Source: the human T2T-CHM13v2.0 reference genome, Homo sapiens
Strand: one strand, 5' to 3'
NCBI RefSeq assembly: GCF_009914755.1
Contig: NC_060939.1
Length of the DNA stretch: 64,000 bases
Positions 13,750 to 30,127 of this stretch are shown here, piece by piece. The translations under genes were made by a program, and so were the position numbers. The notes beneath the pieces are model-generated. The model was not told the DNA's origin. It made no database searches and saw nothing but the letters and a program-made list of their open reading frames with translations. Each line of letters opens with the position of its first letter. The first letter of the stretch is position 1.

Positions 13750-15640
13750 TTTGTTTTTAATTAACAAAAATTTCATATATTTATGCTGTACAACATGATG
13801 TTTTGATATATGTATACATTGTGGAATGGTTAAATCTAGCGAATTAATATATCCATTACCTCACCATTATTTTTGTGGTAAGAACGTTTAAAATCTACTT
13901 TCTTAATAGTTTTCAATTACTGTACAATAATTTTCAAGTACTATACAATACATTGTTATTACCTAAGTCACTATGTTGTACCACAGATCTCCTGAACTTA
14001 GTCCTCCCATCTAACAGAAATTTTGTATCCTTGGACCAACGTCTCCCCAGTCCTTCTTTCACCCACTCTAGTTTCTGGTAACCACCATTCTGCTCTCTGC
14101 CTCTATGAGTTCAACCTTTTTAAATTCAACATTCAAGTGAGATTATGCAGTCTTTTTGTGCCTGGCTTATTTCTGTTAGCATAATGTTCTTCAGCTTTAT
14201 CCACATCACAAATGAAAAGATTTCCTTCTAAGGAACAGTATTCCATTATGTATTTAATAAACAGACCACATTTTCTTTACCCATTCATCTGTGGATGAAC
14301 ACTTAGATTGATTCCATATCTTGGCTATTGTGAATAGTGCTGTAATAAACATGGGAGTGCAGATAGCTCTTTGACATACAATTTCATTTCCTTTATTTGT
14401 ATATCCAGAAGCGGAATTGCTGGATCATATGGAAGTTCTATTTTTAATTTTATGAGAATCCTTCATATTGTTTTCCATAATGTCTCCACTAATTTACATT
14501 CCTACCAATTGTGTACAAAGATTTTCTTCTCTCCACATTTTCACCAACACTTATTATCTCTTGTCATATTGATAATAATCATCCTAAAAGTTGTGAGGTG
14601 ACATCTCATTGTGGTTTTAATTGCATTTCTCCGATGATTAGTAATGTTGAGTATTTTTTTAATAATACATATGTTGGCCATTTGTATGTCTTCTTTTGAG
14701 AAATGTCTTTTCAGGTACTTTGTCCATTTTTAAAACAGGGCTTTTTTTAATTGTTACTAGGTTATTTCAGTTTCTTCTATTTTGGATATTAACCCCTCAT
14801 CAGATATATGGCTTGTAAATATCTTCCTCCATTCTGTAGGTTGTCTCTTCACTCTATTGATTGTTTCCTTTGCTATGCAGAAGCTTTTTAGTTTGATGAA
14901 ATGCTGTTTGTCTAATTTTCTTTTGTTGGATGTGCTTTTGGGGTCAGTTGCAAAAAAATATTTGTCAACCAATGTCAAGAAACTTCTCCCCTAGGTTTTC
15001 TTCTAGTAGTCTTACAGTTCCAGTTGATTTTTGTATATGAAGTGAAATAAGGGTCCACTTTTATTGCTCTGCATGTGGATATCCAGTTTTCCCAAAACCA
15101 CTTATTAAAGAGACCGTTCTTTCCCCATTGTGCTTTCTTGGCACCTTTATCAAAGATCAGTTGGCTAGAAACATGTTGATTTATCTTTGGGCTCTTGGTT
15201 CTGTTCCATTATTCTGTATCTCTGTTTTTGTGCCAGTACCATGCTGTTTTGATTACTATGGCTTTGTGTTAGGTTTTGAAATTAGGTAGTGTGATCCCTC
15301 CAGCTTTGTTCTTTTTGCTCAGGATTGCTTTGGATAATTGGGGTCTTTTGTGGTTCCATATGAATTTCAGGTTGTTTCTTCTATTTCTGTGAAAACTGCC
15401 ATTGAAATTTTGATAGGCATTGCACTGGATCTGTAGGTAGCATGGTCATTTTAATAATATTAATTCTTCCAGTCTATGAACACAAGATATCTCTCCATTT
15501 ACTTGTATCTTCTTCCATTTCTTTTGTCAATGTTTCACAGTTTTCAGCATATAGATCTTTTACCTCTCTGATTAAATTTATTCCTTTTTTGATGCCATTA
15601 TAAATGGAATTGTTTTCTTGGTTTCTTTTTTGGATTTTCA
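13750..15640 (-). mobile_element. L1MA (MA8/9-like) 3' ~1.9 kb including ORF2 end
   Basis: tacaacatgatgttttgatatatgtatacattgtggaatgg; minus ORF 14757-14978 FIKLKSFCIAKETINRVKRQPTEW is L1 ORF2. Confidence 0.92.
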
Positions 15641-16399
15641 TTTCTTCAACTTATTAAATAAAGAATATTTATTTTTAGAACAGAAAACACTAATTTAAAA
15701 AAAAGAGAAAATGGAAATATATTTCTCATCACTGAAGACCCCAAATAATAATCAAGGTGGAAGATAAAATGCAGAATGGGATGTAAGTTGGGACCACTGA
15801 ACAGAAAGCCAGAAATTTAGGAGCAGAGTTTTAGAGTAAACAAGATGCTAAGGACTTTACCACTGTGTCTTTTAAAGACACCATGATCATGTTAAAACTA
15901 CCAGTGGAGATTGGTGGCATCACAATTATACAGAGAACAGGAGCGAACTTTTGTAGAAAACTGTCCTTTTCATAGCCACCAGGCCAGCAGAGATGGAAAG
16001 AATGGGACAGGAAGCCAACATGTTTAACAAATACTCCCTCAGGGTCTGGCTTTGGGCCAATCTCCTGACCAATCCAGGCTCAGGGGCTCAAAACATAATT
16101 TTCTTAATACATGATTTAAAATACAAAGTACAAACATAAATATTTATGTAAAATAAGGAAATCCACCAAGAATTACAAACATAAGAAGTTGTCAAATACA
16201 AAGCATCACAAAATCCAGAAAAAAAGGTTTCCTGACTTAACTTCTTTAAACATCTCTGTAATATTATTTTTCCTACCTTTTTGACTGCATACTCTTTCAT
16301 TATCTCTTCATGTAGCAACTATATATAATAATTTCTATCTACAAATTAGAAAGATAATTCAGTCTTTCCTCTGCTATGGTTAACTGAAAATTTTAAAAC

Positions 16400-18220
<1,821 letters not shown>

Positions 18221-18869
18221 AAGTTTAGAGAAGTGGGTTTTTTCCTACTTCACAACTCAATTGATAAGGTCTCATAAACTTTTAAGATTGCTGTAACATT
18301 TGGGAAAGCCAGTTTTTTTCAAATATAACCTATAAAATCTTGGTGCCTTTCAAGTTTTCTCTGGAAAAGCTAATCAAATGCCTTTTTAATTGATGACTTT
18401 ATTAACCATTTTACCATCAATGCCCTTGTTGTAGTGATATATGAGTTTTATTATCTTGGTTGATGTCAGTATTTCACATCAAATCAGCAAAAAAAATTAA
18501 ATCTTTTTCCAAAGCATTCATATGACTCACTCCATATCATTAATTGGATTAGCAAACATTCTAAAAGCCTACTCAATATTTCTTTCCAAGATGTACCTCT
18601 TTCTCACAGAACTGCTGCATTTAATGGAATCTGAAATTTTTGTTACAATCTGACATCAGGAAGTGAACAATTTTATTGGTTTAATCATTCACCTTATTGC
18701 TTTCATTTCACAGTCTATTACTCTTCATCTAAATTTTCTCCAAGTCCTTTAATAAAGATGACAAAAGAAGGTGCTCTTTGTATAAGTCCATATCAGGAAT
18801 CTGTAACTTCTAACTTGTTTTATTGATATGTTCAAATGATCTATCCAAATTACAAACAGGCATATTGCC

Positions 18870-19202
<333 letters not shown>

Positions 19203-20099
19203 TCAACTTTCCTTTCTTAGAACACCAACAAATATCTGTGGGTGCTTCACACCACCCGGACACAGAGAGAAGCATGAAGGAGGAGAAGCTGGATTGCAAA
19301 CAGAGTTGGTCTTAAGAGATTGTGGTTAAAATATCGTACTTTTGCTAATTTCCTTTCCTCAGGCCTCGAGATCTGAGATGAAGGAATCTAAAGTGTAACT
19401 TTCGCTAGCTTTGAAGTAATTATTTTCTACTCAGAGGAGAGAGATGGCAGCACAAAATCCAGGCTCTCAACCTCATCGTTTAGGAAAGAAGGCAAATCTG
19501 TGCTCACAGTGACGCAGGAGACAGCAATACCGGGACGTTTGGACCAGAACCTTGTATAGCCCCTTCTAACGCACACAAGGAAATGAAACACACAGCCCAT
19601 CTGTGTTTCTGGGTGACCACCTCTCCTCACCATCCCTCCGATGTCCACCTACTCACACGGGCCCTGAGGCAGCTCTGGAGGCCAAAGCAAGGCTAATATG
19701 TGAATTTTTCTCTGCCCTTTCATTTTTTACACAAGAGTGAGGAGTAGAATAAGAGCTTGAAAGAGGATAGAGTACATCAAAAATATCATCATCCTAAATA
19801 CTGTGATTTGAAGTCATTTTTTACTGCCAAGAAAGAAAGAAAAATAGTAGTCGCGACTCTAAAGGCAATGTTTACTCTTCCAGGGAAGAGAACATACCGA
19901 AGAGCTTCTGACAAGACTGTCAAAAATGTGTTCGGCAATTTAACTATTAATAATAGTAAAAAAACAACAAATAAAGCTTTGAATTAATCCAGCATCTTTC
20001 ATCTCCACATATCAAAGAGCGTTGCCAATGTTCCTGATAACAACATGTCTGTGAAACACATAAGTGGCAGGCGTTGTCATTCCTCCATGACAGATGAAA

Positions 20100-20483
20100 G
20101 AACAGAGACGCTGTGAAGCTCTTCCCCAGCGAATCAGCGCGGCACCCGCTCCCTCGAGCAGCTCGGCCTCTTTCCAAGGCATTCCCCCCCCTCCCTGGGG
20201 GCTGTAGAAGCGCTTCTTTAGCTAAAGGATTTGGGTTTAAAGTCGTGCCTGAGCAGAAGCAACACAGCAACCGTGGAAGGCATTTAGTCTCTGTTCTCCA
20301 GAAGGCTAGATATAAAACGCATCCACTAAGATAGACCTATGGCTATGCAAGCGAGTCAGCAAAATATTTTTTAAAGGTCAGCTGTTCATGGGCCCTGCAG
20401 GAAGTGCCCTGGAAAAGTACGGGCCCCCACAGGGCCAAACTACCTTGAGGAGTTCACAATATGTGGGATGACAAAAGGTAAGA
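20100..20483 (+). promoter_or_regulatory. CpG-enriched element with TATA box and candidate first exon
   Basis: Local CpG cluster ~20105-20275, TEAD-like gcattcc, TATAAAA 20311-20317, Maf half-site gagtcagcaaaa ~20353-20364, donor AAG|GTAAGA at 20477/20478. Confidence 0.4.
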
Positions 20484-20519
20484 TAGATGCGCACTCCTCA
20501 AACCCCACACTCTAACACA

Positions 20520-20870
20520 GTGAGCTGCCCAGTTTCTCCAAACACAGGGGCACGGGCCTCTGTGCTCTTCTTGCCCATACTGCCACTCTCCTTCGCTCAT
20601 CCCCCTTCACAAAACTATTGAGGCACTGCCTGCTCTAGGAAGCCTCATGCACACACACATACCTTTCTTTCTTTTTCACACCTTCTGGATTCTATAGAGA
20701 TTTCTGCCACAGACCCTGTAACTTTGTGGCATGCACTTGTTTATATGTCCTTCTTCCTGATCAAACTCTCAGCTGTTTGTCAGAGGGGATTTATCATATT
20801 TATAGCCAAAGCCCAGGACAGTGTCAAGTTCATACCAGATGTTCAGTAATTATTTCTAGAAAGAAGAAAG
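20520..20870 (+). mobile_element. L2 3' fragment
   Basis: cagtttctccaaacac...gcccaggacagtgtcaag...gatgttcagtaattattt. Confidence 0.55.
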
Positions 20871-20974
20871 AAGGGAAGAAAAGGGGATTAATATTTATTC
20901 AGCAGCTACTATTTGCCAGACACTGGGCTGGGCATATTCCTGTTTAGTATTTAGTGCTCCTAATCTGAGGGCTT

Positions 20975-22160
20975 GGTCTCTTCAAAATGTCAGGATCTTC
21001 TTAGCTTTCATCTTTTTGAAAACTGCTTTTCTCCCATTCTCTCAATGTTTCATTTCTGGAAGTCCTATTAGACATGTATTGGAATCCCTCCATCTATCCT
21101 CCATGTCTCTTAACTTTTCTTTCATATTTTCATCTATCTTTGTGTAACATTTGAGGTAAACTCTCCAGTATCCTCCCCCAATTTACTGATTTTTTTCTTG
21201 GGCATATCTAGCCTAGAGTTGATCTTGTCTTCTGAACATGTTTTAATCACAATTACTTGATATTTTCATTTCCAATGTCTAATTAGTTCATTTGCATACA
21301 CATCTGTTCTTGATTTCTATCTGCTTGTTTTCGTTTCATAATTTCTTAATCTTTTTAGGTGTTATTCCTTTTTTACTTCTTTAAGAATATTAAACATACT
21401 CATTTTAAAGTCATTTTTACATTGTTTTATCATTCCCATTTCAATGGGAGTGATTCTACTTTCTGAGCTTGTTGGCTATCTTTCTTAGCATTCATTTTTT
21501 TCATGTGCTTTGGAACTTTCATTAGCAAGTTCATCTGCAGTGAGTATTTTCTGTTTCCCTCTAGCCCCTCTCTCTCCTTTTCACCACTCCCTATGTGGGA
21601 GTTGTTCAGTTTTTCTTTAGGACACCTAGCCCAGGGCCAGGTCTGATAGCGGTGTTTTCTTGTTCCAGGGTGATCTTGGAAATGTCACACAGCTGATCAC
21701 TGAGCCAGCAGGTGGTTAGTTGAGGTGCTTAGTGTGGCTTCATCTGCTCCTTCCTTCCACCCAGCCATTCTGCTCTATAACATGCTGCAGCTCCAAGCAC
21801 TGGCTGAAGTTTATTCCAGCCTCTTTTGAAGGGATGGGCGTGAGCACCTGCCCCAGCCCCCAGTTTCACGCAATGACCCTAGGTTCAGGCCCTAGTCTTG
21901 AATCTAGAGCTTCTGATCCCTGTCTTCCCACAACAGCCACGCTTCTGCCTATTCCCAAATCCTGGAGCCCAGCAAGTCCAGGGCCTCAATCACCACCTAC
22001 CACTGTTCTGTTTCTAGCCCACAAAGGTGTTTATCTTGTTATTGAATGTGGATACGTCTGAATTCTTTCCAAAATATTTCATCTACCATTGCAATGTATT
22101 TGAAGTCAGGGGGGTCCTTTAAAGTGTGAACTCGAACACCGTCCTGACCTAAAGTCCCAG
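20975..22160 (-). mobile_element. HAL1/L1M 5'-region fragment
   Basis: ttctggaagtcctattagacatgtattggaatccctccatctatcctccatgtctcttaac; T-rich ORF1-antisense pattern. Confidence 0.6.
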
Positions 22161-22899
22161 TCTAGGCATTTTCATAACATCAATCAGTCCTTATATAATG
22201 ATCCCCAGATGACCATAGTGTGCCCCGTCACCTGCAGGCTCAACTCTTCATACTTGGGTCATGGGCCAATGACAGCCAGATCTGCGACTATGCAGAGTCC
22301 TGCCCATGAGCTAGCACGTTCTGCAAACAGTCTCCACTCTCCATGCCTGTGCAGTGCGGAACCAGCCCCTGAACTCCCACAAGGGTACTGGGCTGCAGCT
22401 CCTCCCTCATAAAGCAAGCACTCAGCATTTGAGCCCACACTGCCCAACTAGTCCCTGAGGGTAGTGGGACTGGAGCCGAGGTTCGCGCCTTTCCTAAACG
22501 CCTTACTCTCCTGATCCTTTTAACCCACACTTGTCTAGATTTATTTTTCAGATCTTCACTAAAAAATAATCCGGAGTCCCATCTAATACTATCACATTAC
22601 TTTCAAAGTATGCCAGCCCTCCCAGATCAGACCCCATGGACAAGGGTCCCACCTGCATTGACTAGAGTCTAATACTTCTGCCCTTAGGAAGCAGACTCCA
22701 GACTCAGTCCACACTCCAGGCCTCTCACAAGCCCACACCATACTCCCCTTGGTCTGGTCCCAGCTCATGTCTTTTCGCTGGCAGAAGCTCTTACCCCTAC
22801 CCATCTGGGACTGGACAAAGGACATGACTTTAGTGCATTTTTAAGGTAATTATTACTGAAGTTTTGTAAGTAGATATTGTTACCATTTTTACCCCTCAT

Positions 22900-23150
22900 A
22901 ACTATAATAGTGACATTTCTTTCCTGCTCACAGTGTGCCAGGATCTGTGCCATTTACCTCACCTTCAGTGTATCATGTAATCATCACAAACCCTATGAAT
23001 TTACTTCTGTTATCACCTCTCTACTTTATAGATGCAAAAACTGAGGCTCAGGTTAAGTGACATCTCCACGACCCCAGAGATACTAAGTGCTGGAATCAGG
23101 ATCTGAAGCCAGGTTCATCTCAACCCAAAGACTACACCCTTAGTCGAATG
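22900..23150 (-). mobile_element. MIR
   Basis: tgtgccagg...taatcatcacaaaccctatga...tttatagatgcaaaaactgaggctcaggttaagtgac. Confidence 0.8.
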
Positions 23151-23199
23151 CTACATGGCCAAATCTGTCTTAGTGTCAAATGCCACAAAGAGATGAATG

Positions 23200-24070
23200 C
23201 TATCACCAGTGTCTTCCTCCTGGGAAAGCCCTCCTCCTCATGCTTCCAGGACAATACCCTGGTGTGAACTTACCCTCACTAGTTCTCCTTGCTCCACCCA
23301 TGAGTCCTGGTGCTCTCTGGGACTTGATCTTTTCACACGCGCCATTCTCTCCAGGCAACGTGACATAAAACTCTACATTTAACTACCACCAAAGGCTGAT
23401 GACTGGCAAATCTTTACCTTTACCTTTATCTTGAGCCCACATCTTTCTCCCATACTCCCATCTTCTTAGATGTAACATGGACTCCTCCATTTCAGCATGA
23501 TCCATCCTGAACTCATTACTTACATCCCTGTGTGTATATCACAGTCCTGGCAAGGCCACCCACCCAGGCTCCCTAATCAGAAGCCAGAGTCAGCCCTGTC
23601 TGGTCCTGTCAGTCAGCCCACAGCCCATCAGTTGACACGGGCAGCTGATTCTTTCCCTGACACTCTGACTGAAGCCTCTCACCTTTACATTCCCATCTCC
23701 TACAGAATAAAGCCTACCACCTCCTTTGGGTACCCAGGACCAGTTTTTCACCCTCAACGTTCACTTCCACCATCCACATCCCATGTCCTAGTCTTCTCAA
23801 TCACCTGCTACTTCCCATAGATCAGGCCCTTGGGTGGCACCAGGTTTGTCCAGTCTGTCCCCAACACCTAGAGCATGCTCGTCCCTTGGCCACCTACCAT
23901 CAGTCTCAACATTTCCTGCTCTGTGAAGCCATTCACAAAGTCTCTTTCTTGGGTCCTGAGCAAAGATGAGGTGCTGACTTCTTTGTCTCAGCTCACCCTG
24001 GGCCTCAACACTGGCCTTGCTTGACTTTCTTCTGACCATCGTGCCCCAACTGCACACTCCATGCATCAGG
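23200..24070 (+). mobile_element. L2 body fragment(s)
   Basis: C/T-rich degenerate L2 pattern (tgatgactggcaaatc...cagcatgatccatcctgaactcatt). Confidence 0.5.
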
Positions 24071-25068
24071 AACCCTCCACACAGCCAGTGAGCGCATGGA
24101 TTCCCTTCCAGCCTCTAGCCCCAGCCCTACTTCTAGTCTTCATCAAACATTTAGGTAATTAACTGGCAACAGGCAACAGATACAAAAAAGCAATATCTCA
24201 CCCCAGCAGGGACATGTAATGCTCAATTCTATTATTCCAAGGGAAGTGATCAGAAGCTTGTCCACACATAAGAGATGTTTTGAAAGAGATGCTGACATCT
24301 GAAGTCAGCAAGGGAGCTTGAATGAAAGAATTAACGGAAACAGATCTCAGCTGTGGGCTTATGTAGAAGCCTGTGTGGCCTGTGCTGCTAAAATTTGCAT
24401 TTCATGGGGAGCACATGGCAAAAAAAGTACTGTCATGACATACAGTGGCACAGAATGAGGACAGTGGTAATTGTCCAAGTCTCCCAGGTTGTTTCTCAAC
24501 CTATGAATACACACTCTCACACCCCACACACAAACCATCACATACAGGCACATGCGCATGCACACACACAGGCACACATGCCCCACAATGAGCCAGTTTC
24601 AAACTTGACTGATCAGTCCCAAACGAGTTGTCGAACTGCATTGCCTGCTCATCACCAGTCTCTCCCTTATCAGTTCAAATCCAAATGTTGAAATACTTCA
24701 GGTGGAAAAGGTAATCAAAAACCAAGTACAAATGGCTAATAAACATATTAAAAATTCAACCTCAGCAGTCATGAAAGAAATAAAAATCAAGACAGAATAC
24801 TATTTTTGATCTGTCGAACTGGCAAAATTAAAAGCAATGATAAGATTACTCCCAGCTGGAGAGGTCTCTGGCTACCTCCCAGCTGTGCCAAGTGGGGTGC
24901 TAAGGTGATCACCCATACCCAAGGCAGAAGAAACCTCTCTTCTGCAGACTTCAGAGTCAATTCACCTGTATCCTTAAACATTTCACTGGTTAACAGAGCC
25001 TGACTGAGCATAAGGCAGGGTATGTATGTGCTTGGAGAAGGTAGGAAGAAAAGTACAGAGAAATGAGA

Positions 25069-25070
<2 letters not shown>

Positions 25071-25106
<36 letters not shown>
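25071..25106 (+). repeat. (AC)18 microsatellite
   Basis: Perfect dinucleotide run. Confidence 0.97.
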
Positions 25107-25108
<2 letters not shown>

Positions 25109-25529
25109 ATGTTGTAGGCACATGAATGGGCCATGCTTTATCAAGCCCTCCACACTAACATGTCAAGGAAGAGGCACAGCTGAATCTTGCCCTTATAGGC
25201 TTACAGTTTAGAAGTGAGGTCAAAACTCATACCCAAATCTGTAGAAAACAGGCAAACAGTATTAGATGCTGTCAAAGAAGAAAAAATGCTGGGTGCACTC
25301 AGAAAAGAGATTACTTCCAACTAGGCCATCAGAGTCAGGTGGAACCTTGTCAAAGTTGTGGGGAGAAAAGTATTCTAGGGGCAAGAGAAAGATTAAGGTC
25401 ACAGACAATGAAAATTCAACATGCATTAATGTAATCACCAAGGTCCTTTCCAGCCTTTACGTTTTTCTACTCTGATGCTTTCTCTCCTATTAGTTGGGTG
25501 AGTTTCAATGCCTTCAGGAAATGAAGGTA

Positions 25530-25770
25530 GCTACAGTTATGTGCCAGACATTGCCCTTACAGCCTGCACAATCAAACTCATTTAATCCTCAGACCACCTT
25601 TGGAGTGAGTATCCTTAGGCCTGTTTTACAGATGAGGAATCTGGGGCTCAAAGAAGATCGACGTGCCCAAAATCTCAAAACCAGTCAGTGCTGGGAGGTC
25701 AGACATGAACTGACGACCACCTGTCCACCTGACATTGAAGCCTCCATTCATTCTTTCTTCTCTACCGTAC
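25530..25770 (-). mobile_element. MIR
   Basis: tatgtgccagac...actcatttaatcctca...gttttacagatgaggaatctgggg. Confidence 0.8.
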
Positions 25771-25804
25771 TGCCTCACTTCCAGACCACTTTCTTCTTTA
25801 AAAT

Positions 25805-26035
25805 TAAAACCCCCAAACTGATCTACAGATTCAATGCAATCCCCATCAAAATCCCAGTAGGGCTGAAATTGACAACTTGATCCTAAAATTCACGTAATAA
25901 TTCAAAGGATCCAGAAGTGCCAAAACAATCTTTGAAAAAGAACAAAGTTGAAGGATTCACACTTCACAATTTCAAAAGTTACAACAAAGCTGCATAATCA
26001 AAACTGTGTGGCATAAGGTGATGGCATAAGGACAG
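25805..26035 (+). mobile_element. L1M ORF2 fragment
   Basis: Encodes PKLIYRFNAIPIKIP (L1 ORF2 motif). Confidence 0.85.
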
Positions 26036-27270
26036 GGGTTTGGGCCATATCCCCAAAAGACATAATTCTGAACACCATAATTCTGAATGTTGAAATCCTG
26101 AAAGACCAAAATCCTGAAAGTATAATTCTGGAGAAATAATTTTAAGAAATTACTTAAAAGACATTTATTTGCATTTTTAAAGGGGGATTTATTTGAGAAA
26201 TAAATAAAAACGTCACAGAACACTTCATAGGCCACTTTACACAATAAGATAGAAAATGACAACACACATATTTTTGCAAGCATACACATGCAGGTATATT
26301 AGCAACCATCGCATGGGTGTAGGGGTTATGAGCAGACAAATAGTATTCATAAAGAAGTAGGACAAAAAGAAAAATGTATAAGCACATATCAGTATAGTTG
26401 GTAATTGCGTGCACCCAGCTTTGTAATTACAGTCATCTGATATTCCATGACAGACTATCTAAGTCCTTTGACGAGATGGACCAAACACAGTGGGTCACCC
26501 CCACATATGCAATTGTCCAAAGAGCTGAGATCTTGAGAAATTTTCTTTTTCACAAATGCATATGTAAAGAAAGGATATCTCTTCATTTACTGGAGAAGTT
26601 TCAACATTTCTAACATACACCACCAAGGTTTACACATAAAGTCAACATTGTGATAATTCACTTTAGAGGAGTCAAATTTCTGATGCTCAAAACAGCAGAA
26701 GCAAAGTCTGTTCCAGATCTTAGAGAAAGACCAATTTATCTTCTGTATTTGCTCTGAGTTCCTAGCCGATTGGATGGTGCCCATCAACAACGAAGACAGA
26801 TATTCTCCACCTAGTCCATCAGACTCACACACTGATGTCCCCTGGGAACACCCTCACAGACACACCCCAAATAATGCTTTACCAGCTTTTGAGGTATTCC
26901 TTAATCCAGTCAAGTTGACACCTAAAATTAAGTCCACAAATCCACCCCTTGTCAATCTGGCACCCGTTTGCATTTCCTTAAACCATACCCAACTTCCAAA
27001 AGAAGACAGTTAACAAGGTAATAGTCCCACCTAACATGATGCCACTAACATGATGCAACTGTCCTGCTTGTAACCGAGAGGACACTAATGCCTTCCCCAG
27101 AATTCCGATTTCAGGATTTCACATGCAGGGTTTTAATCTGTCAGGGTTGTGATTTTTAGGATTTTAGATGTTAGGGGTTTCGACTGTAGAGATTTTGATC
27201 TCTCAGGATTTCAAAATTCGGGACTACAGTGTTTGGGGTTGTATATTTCTGGATGATAGGCACTGATCCC
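26036..27270. mobile_element. Ricksha (MULE/MuDR) non-autonomous DNA transposon
   Basis: Left TIR gggtttgggccatatccccaaaagacataattctgaacaccataattctgaatgttgaaatcctgaaagaccaaaatc; inverted right TIR gattttgatctctcaggatttcaaaattcggg...gatccc. Confidence 0.85.
26700..27010 (-). mobile_element. ERVL 3' end + MLT2 LTR piece captured inside Ricksha
   Basis: gattggatggtgccc...caccctcacagacacacc...ccagtcaagttgacacctaaaattaa...tccaccccttgtcaa (reverse PPT). Confidence 0.75.
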
Positions 27271-27472
27271 ACAGAAAAACCCTTTGTTCTTGTGACTGGC
27301 TCCTGCTCCTAAACCTGGTTCCTTGGGTGCAAATTCAGTGTTTATTCCCCTTCAGGAGAAAAGGGATGGAGGGACGTAATTTTGGGAGGAAGTAGGGTGG
27401 GGAGGTTGATTCTCCACTCCTCAAGCAGCCATCCTTCGTCTTGAAAGGATGATATCTATGTATCAATCAGTA

Positions 27473-28084
27473 TGTCAGCCTGAAATAATCAAACAGGTGG
27501 GAATCCAGTTTTAAAGAGAGCATTTAAGCAAATAGCTGGGAATGACCATCCAGGAGAGAAAGACTCCAGAGAAATGGGGTCAGTGCTCTGAAGTTAAAAG
27601 TTAAGTTCTTGCTTATATAGGAAGAAAACAAAGAAATTAAACAGGATTACATTTTCAATACAAGGCTGGTTTAAGAATTACAACAAATTGGTTGTAGTCT
27701 GTTTTCTTTTCCCTATAGGTTTTCTTTACAGCTGTTTTTTTCTTTTTCAACTTAAAAGAGTGTATTTAATATTCCCTTTTAAGATAACATGATAGCCATG
27801 AAGTCTTGTATGAGAAAGGTAGGAGGGAAGTTAATCTAGAGAATGAAAGTCAACAGTAAGAGGAAAGTGGTCTTCCCTGGCATCCTTCAGCCATTTACCA
27901 CATTTTAATAAATACAGAACAACACAGGTAAGGAAGAAGGTTTAATCCATAATGAGAAAAAAACAAAGATTACAGCTGCCTAGGTTACAGCTACCTGTCA
28001 CGTGCCTCAGGCCCAAAATTATTCCTTTAAGGCTCAAATTTATTTAGTTCCAACAGCTTAGGTTCTGAATTACTTATTTTCACA
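27473..28084 (-). mobile_element. ERV1 (MER4-group) solo LTR
   Basis: TG...CA ends; minus start tgtgaaaataagtaattcagaacctaagctgttggaac; internal TATA-like (cttatatagg on plus). Confidence 0.7.
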
Positions 28085-28133
28085 TATCTGTCTATTTATC
28101 TAAAATATCTTCCAGGAAAGATAATGGAAGTTT

Positions 28134-28457
<324 letters not shown>

Positions 28458-29599
28458 TCATCTCCTTTTTCACCAATTTGCTCTTCCTGACTTACCTGCC
28501 CCCACCCCAAGCCCCTTGGATGTTACAACCACAGGCTAACAGTTTCTCTGGCCTCCCCTCCAGGGAAGGTGCCTTGCACTGACCTCCAGTGAGGACTGGT
28601 TTGGGTGGGCGGGGAAGAACCACAGCCCCAGACTTGGTGACCCCACAAAGACCAGACCCCACCCATCTCGGAGGTTCCAGGAAATGGGCTATGCCAGTTA
28701 GACTGTGGTTCCTTGTGTGTCAGCCTGACATAAAAATCCGGGTCCAGTGTATTACAACACACAAAAAGATCCGTCTCTCTTCCTCTCTCTCTCTTTCAAT
28801 AGAGATGGACTTATTCGGATTACAGAGCTCAGGAAATGGAACCCATCTCCTTGTTATCAATGTAAAAACTGAGCTGAGCTATTTGTGATCTAAATCAAAA
28901 TAGAACTGTGTCTGGCAAACTCACTTTTCTCAGGCCCCGGCAGCTCCCCAAGATACATTGTCTACTGATAGGGGGAGAGAGAGACAATGGCAACTGCCAG
29001 AAGCCATTGATCACTTGTTTTATGTGCAGAATGAATCCTTAATCACTGTCGCTTCAGAAAGAAAGGGGAAATTGAGATGGATTCTCAAGTGCCAAAGGCA
29101 GAGAGCTTGGTAATTGGAGCTCTTTCATTAAAACTTTGGAGCGTAATGAGTTAGCCAGTGGTTGTTCATCTCCGCCTTGGAGAGCACAGACCCTCTTGGC
29201 ACATCGTTCAGGGGGAGCAACGAAGAGACCTGAAAGTCACATGATAATCGCGCCTCCTTGTGAGTTGGGGGATTAAGAATCTCGTACAGCGCCTGGAATG
29301 TGACATCTCAGCTTGGCCGCTGAGGACCTGCCAACCAGACCCAACTTACCCCTCTGACCCTATCACTTACGGAGTCTCAGTTTCCTAATTTGTAAATGGG
29401 AAAAAAGCGCTGCGTTTCCTCATTCACCCTGTGCTATTTTATTCCCTATCCTGCTTCTTGAACTAGTTCTTCTACTGGCAGTGGCATTTGTTTCTTTATT
29501 TGTTTATTTTGCAAAGAATTATCAAGAGCTTATTATGTGTTTAACGGCCAGCAAGAAGAGTTGTGGTTTCTGCCCCCTTGGGATTCTTTGCCTACAGCA

Positions 29600-29810
29600 T
29601 ACATCCTCATCAAGGGGCAATAGTGTCCCCTTGGTTCTGGGGGAGTAATAAATCTTATATTTTTGTGTAAAAAAGCACAAATATATATGCAGTACATAAT
29701 TAAATATGCAGCATATTTTAAAATTTTCATGGGGGGCAGGGAGGAAATGATTGGAGAAAAAGATGGCTAAAAAGCCTCCTTAGGGGAGCAATAATGAAAA
29801 AAAATCACAG
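29600..29810. mobile_element. Possible hAT-Charlie MITE fragment
   Basis: aggggcaatagtgtcccc...ttggttctggggg and cttaggggagcaataatgaaaaaaa resemble Charlie-family ends. Confidence 0.4.
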
Positions 29811-29829
29811 GTCTACCCTAGTTTAATGT

Positions 29830-30127
29830 GACTTTCCTCCCTCTTCAACCATCTCACTCTTCAGAACTCAATACGGGTCCCTTCCTCCAAGAACCCTTCC
29901 TTAATTTCCCACTCCTCTTTGCCCCTTCTTTTTGTTCCTAGGATGACCTCTACACAGCTAGTTCATAGCACTAAAGATTGAGCTCCCAGCCATGGCTCTG
30001 ATCTATAACCCTGTCTCCTCAATTGATCTGTAGAGGGCTTTTAGGCAAGGCTCGTGTCTGAGTCTACTTAGCTGGAAACTACTAGGTGCTCAATAAATGT
30101 TGAATAAATGAATGAATAAATGAGTGA
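29830..30127 (+). mobile_element. L2 3' end
   Basis: taggtgctcaataaatgttgaataaatgaatgaa terminus. Confidence 0.8.
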
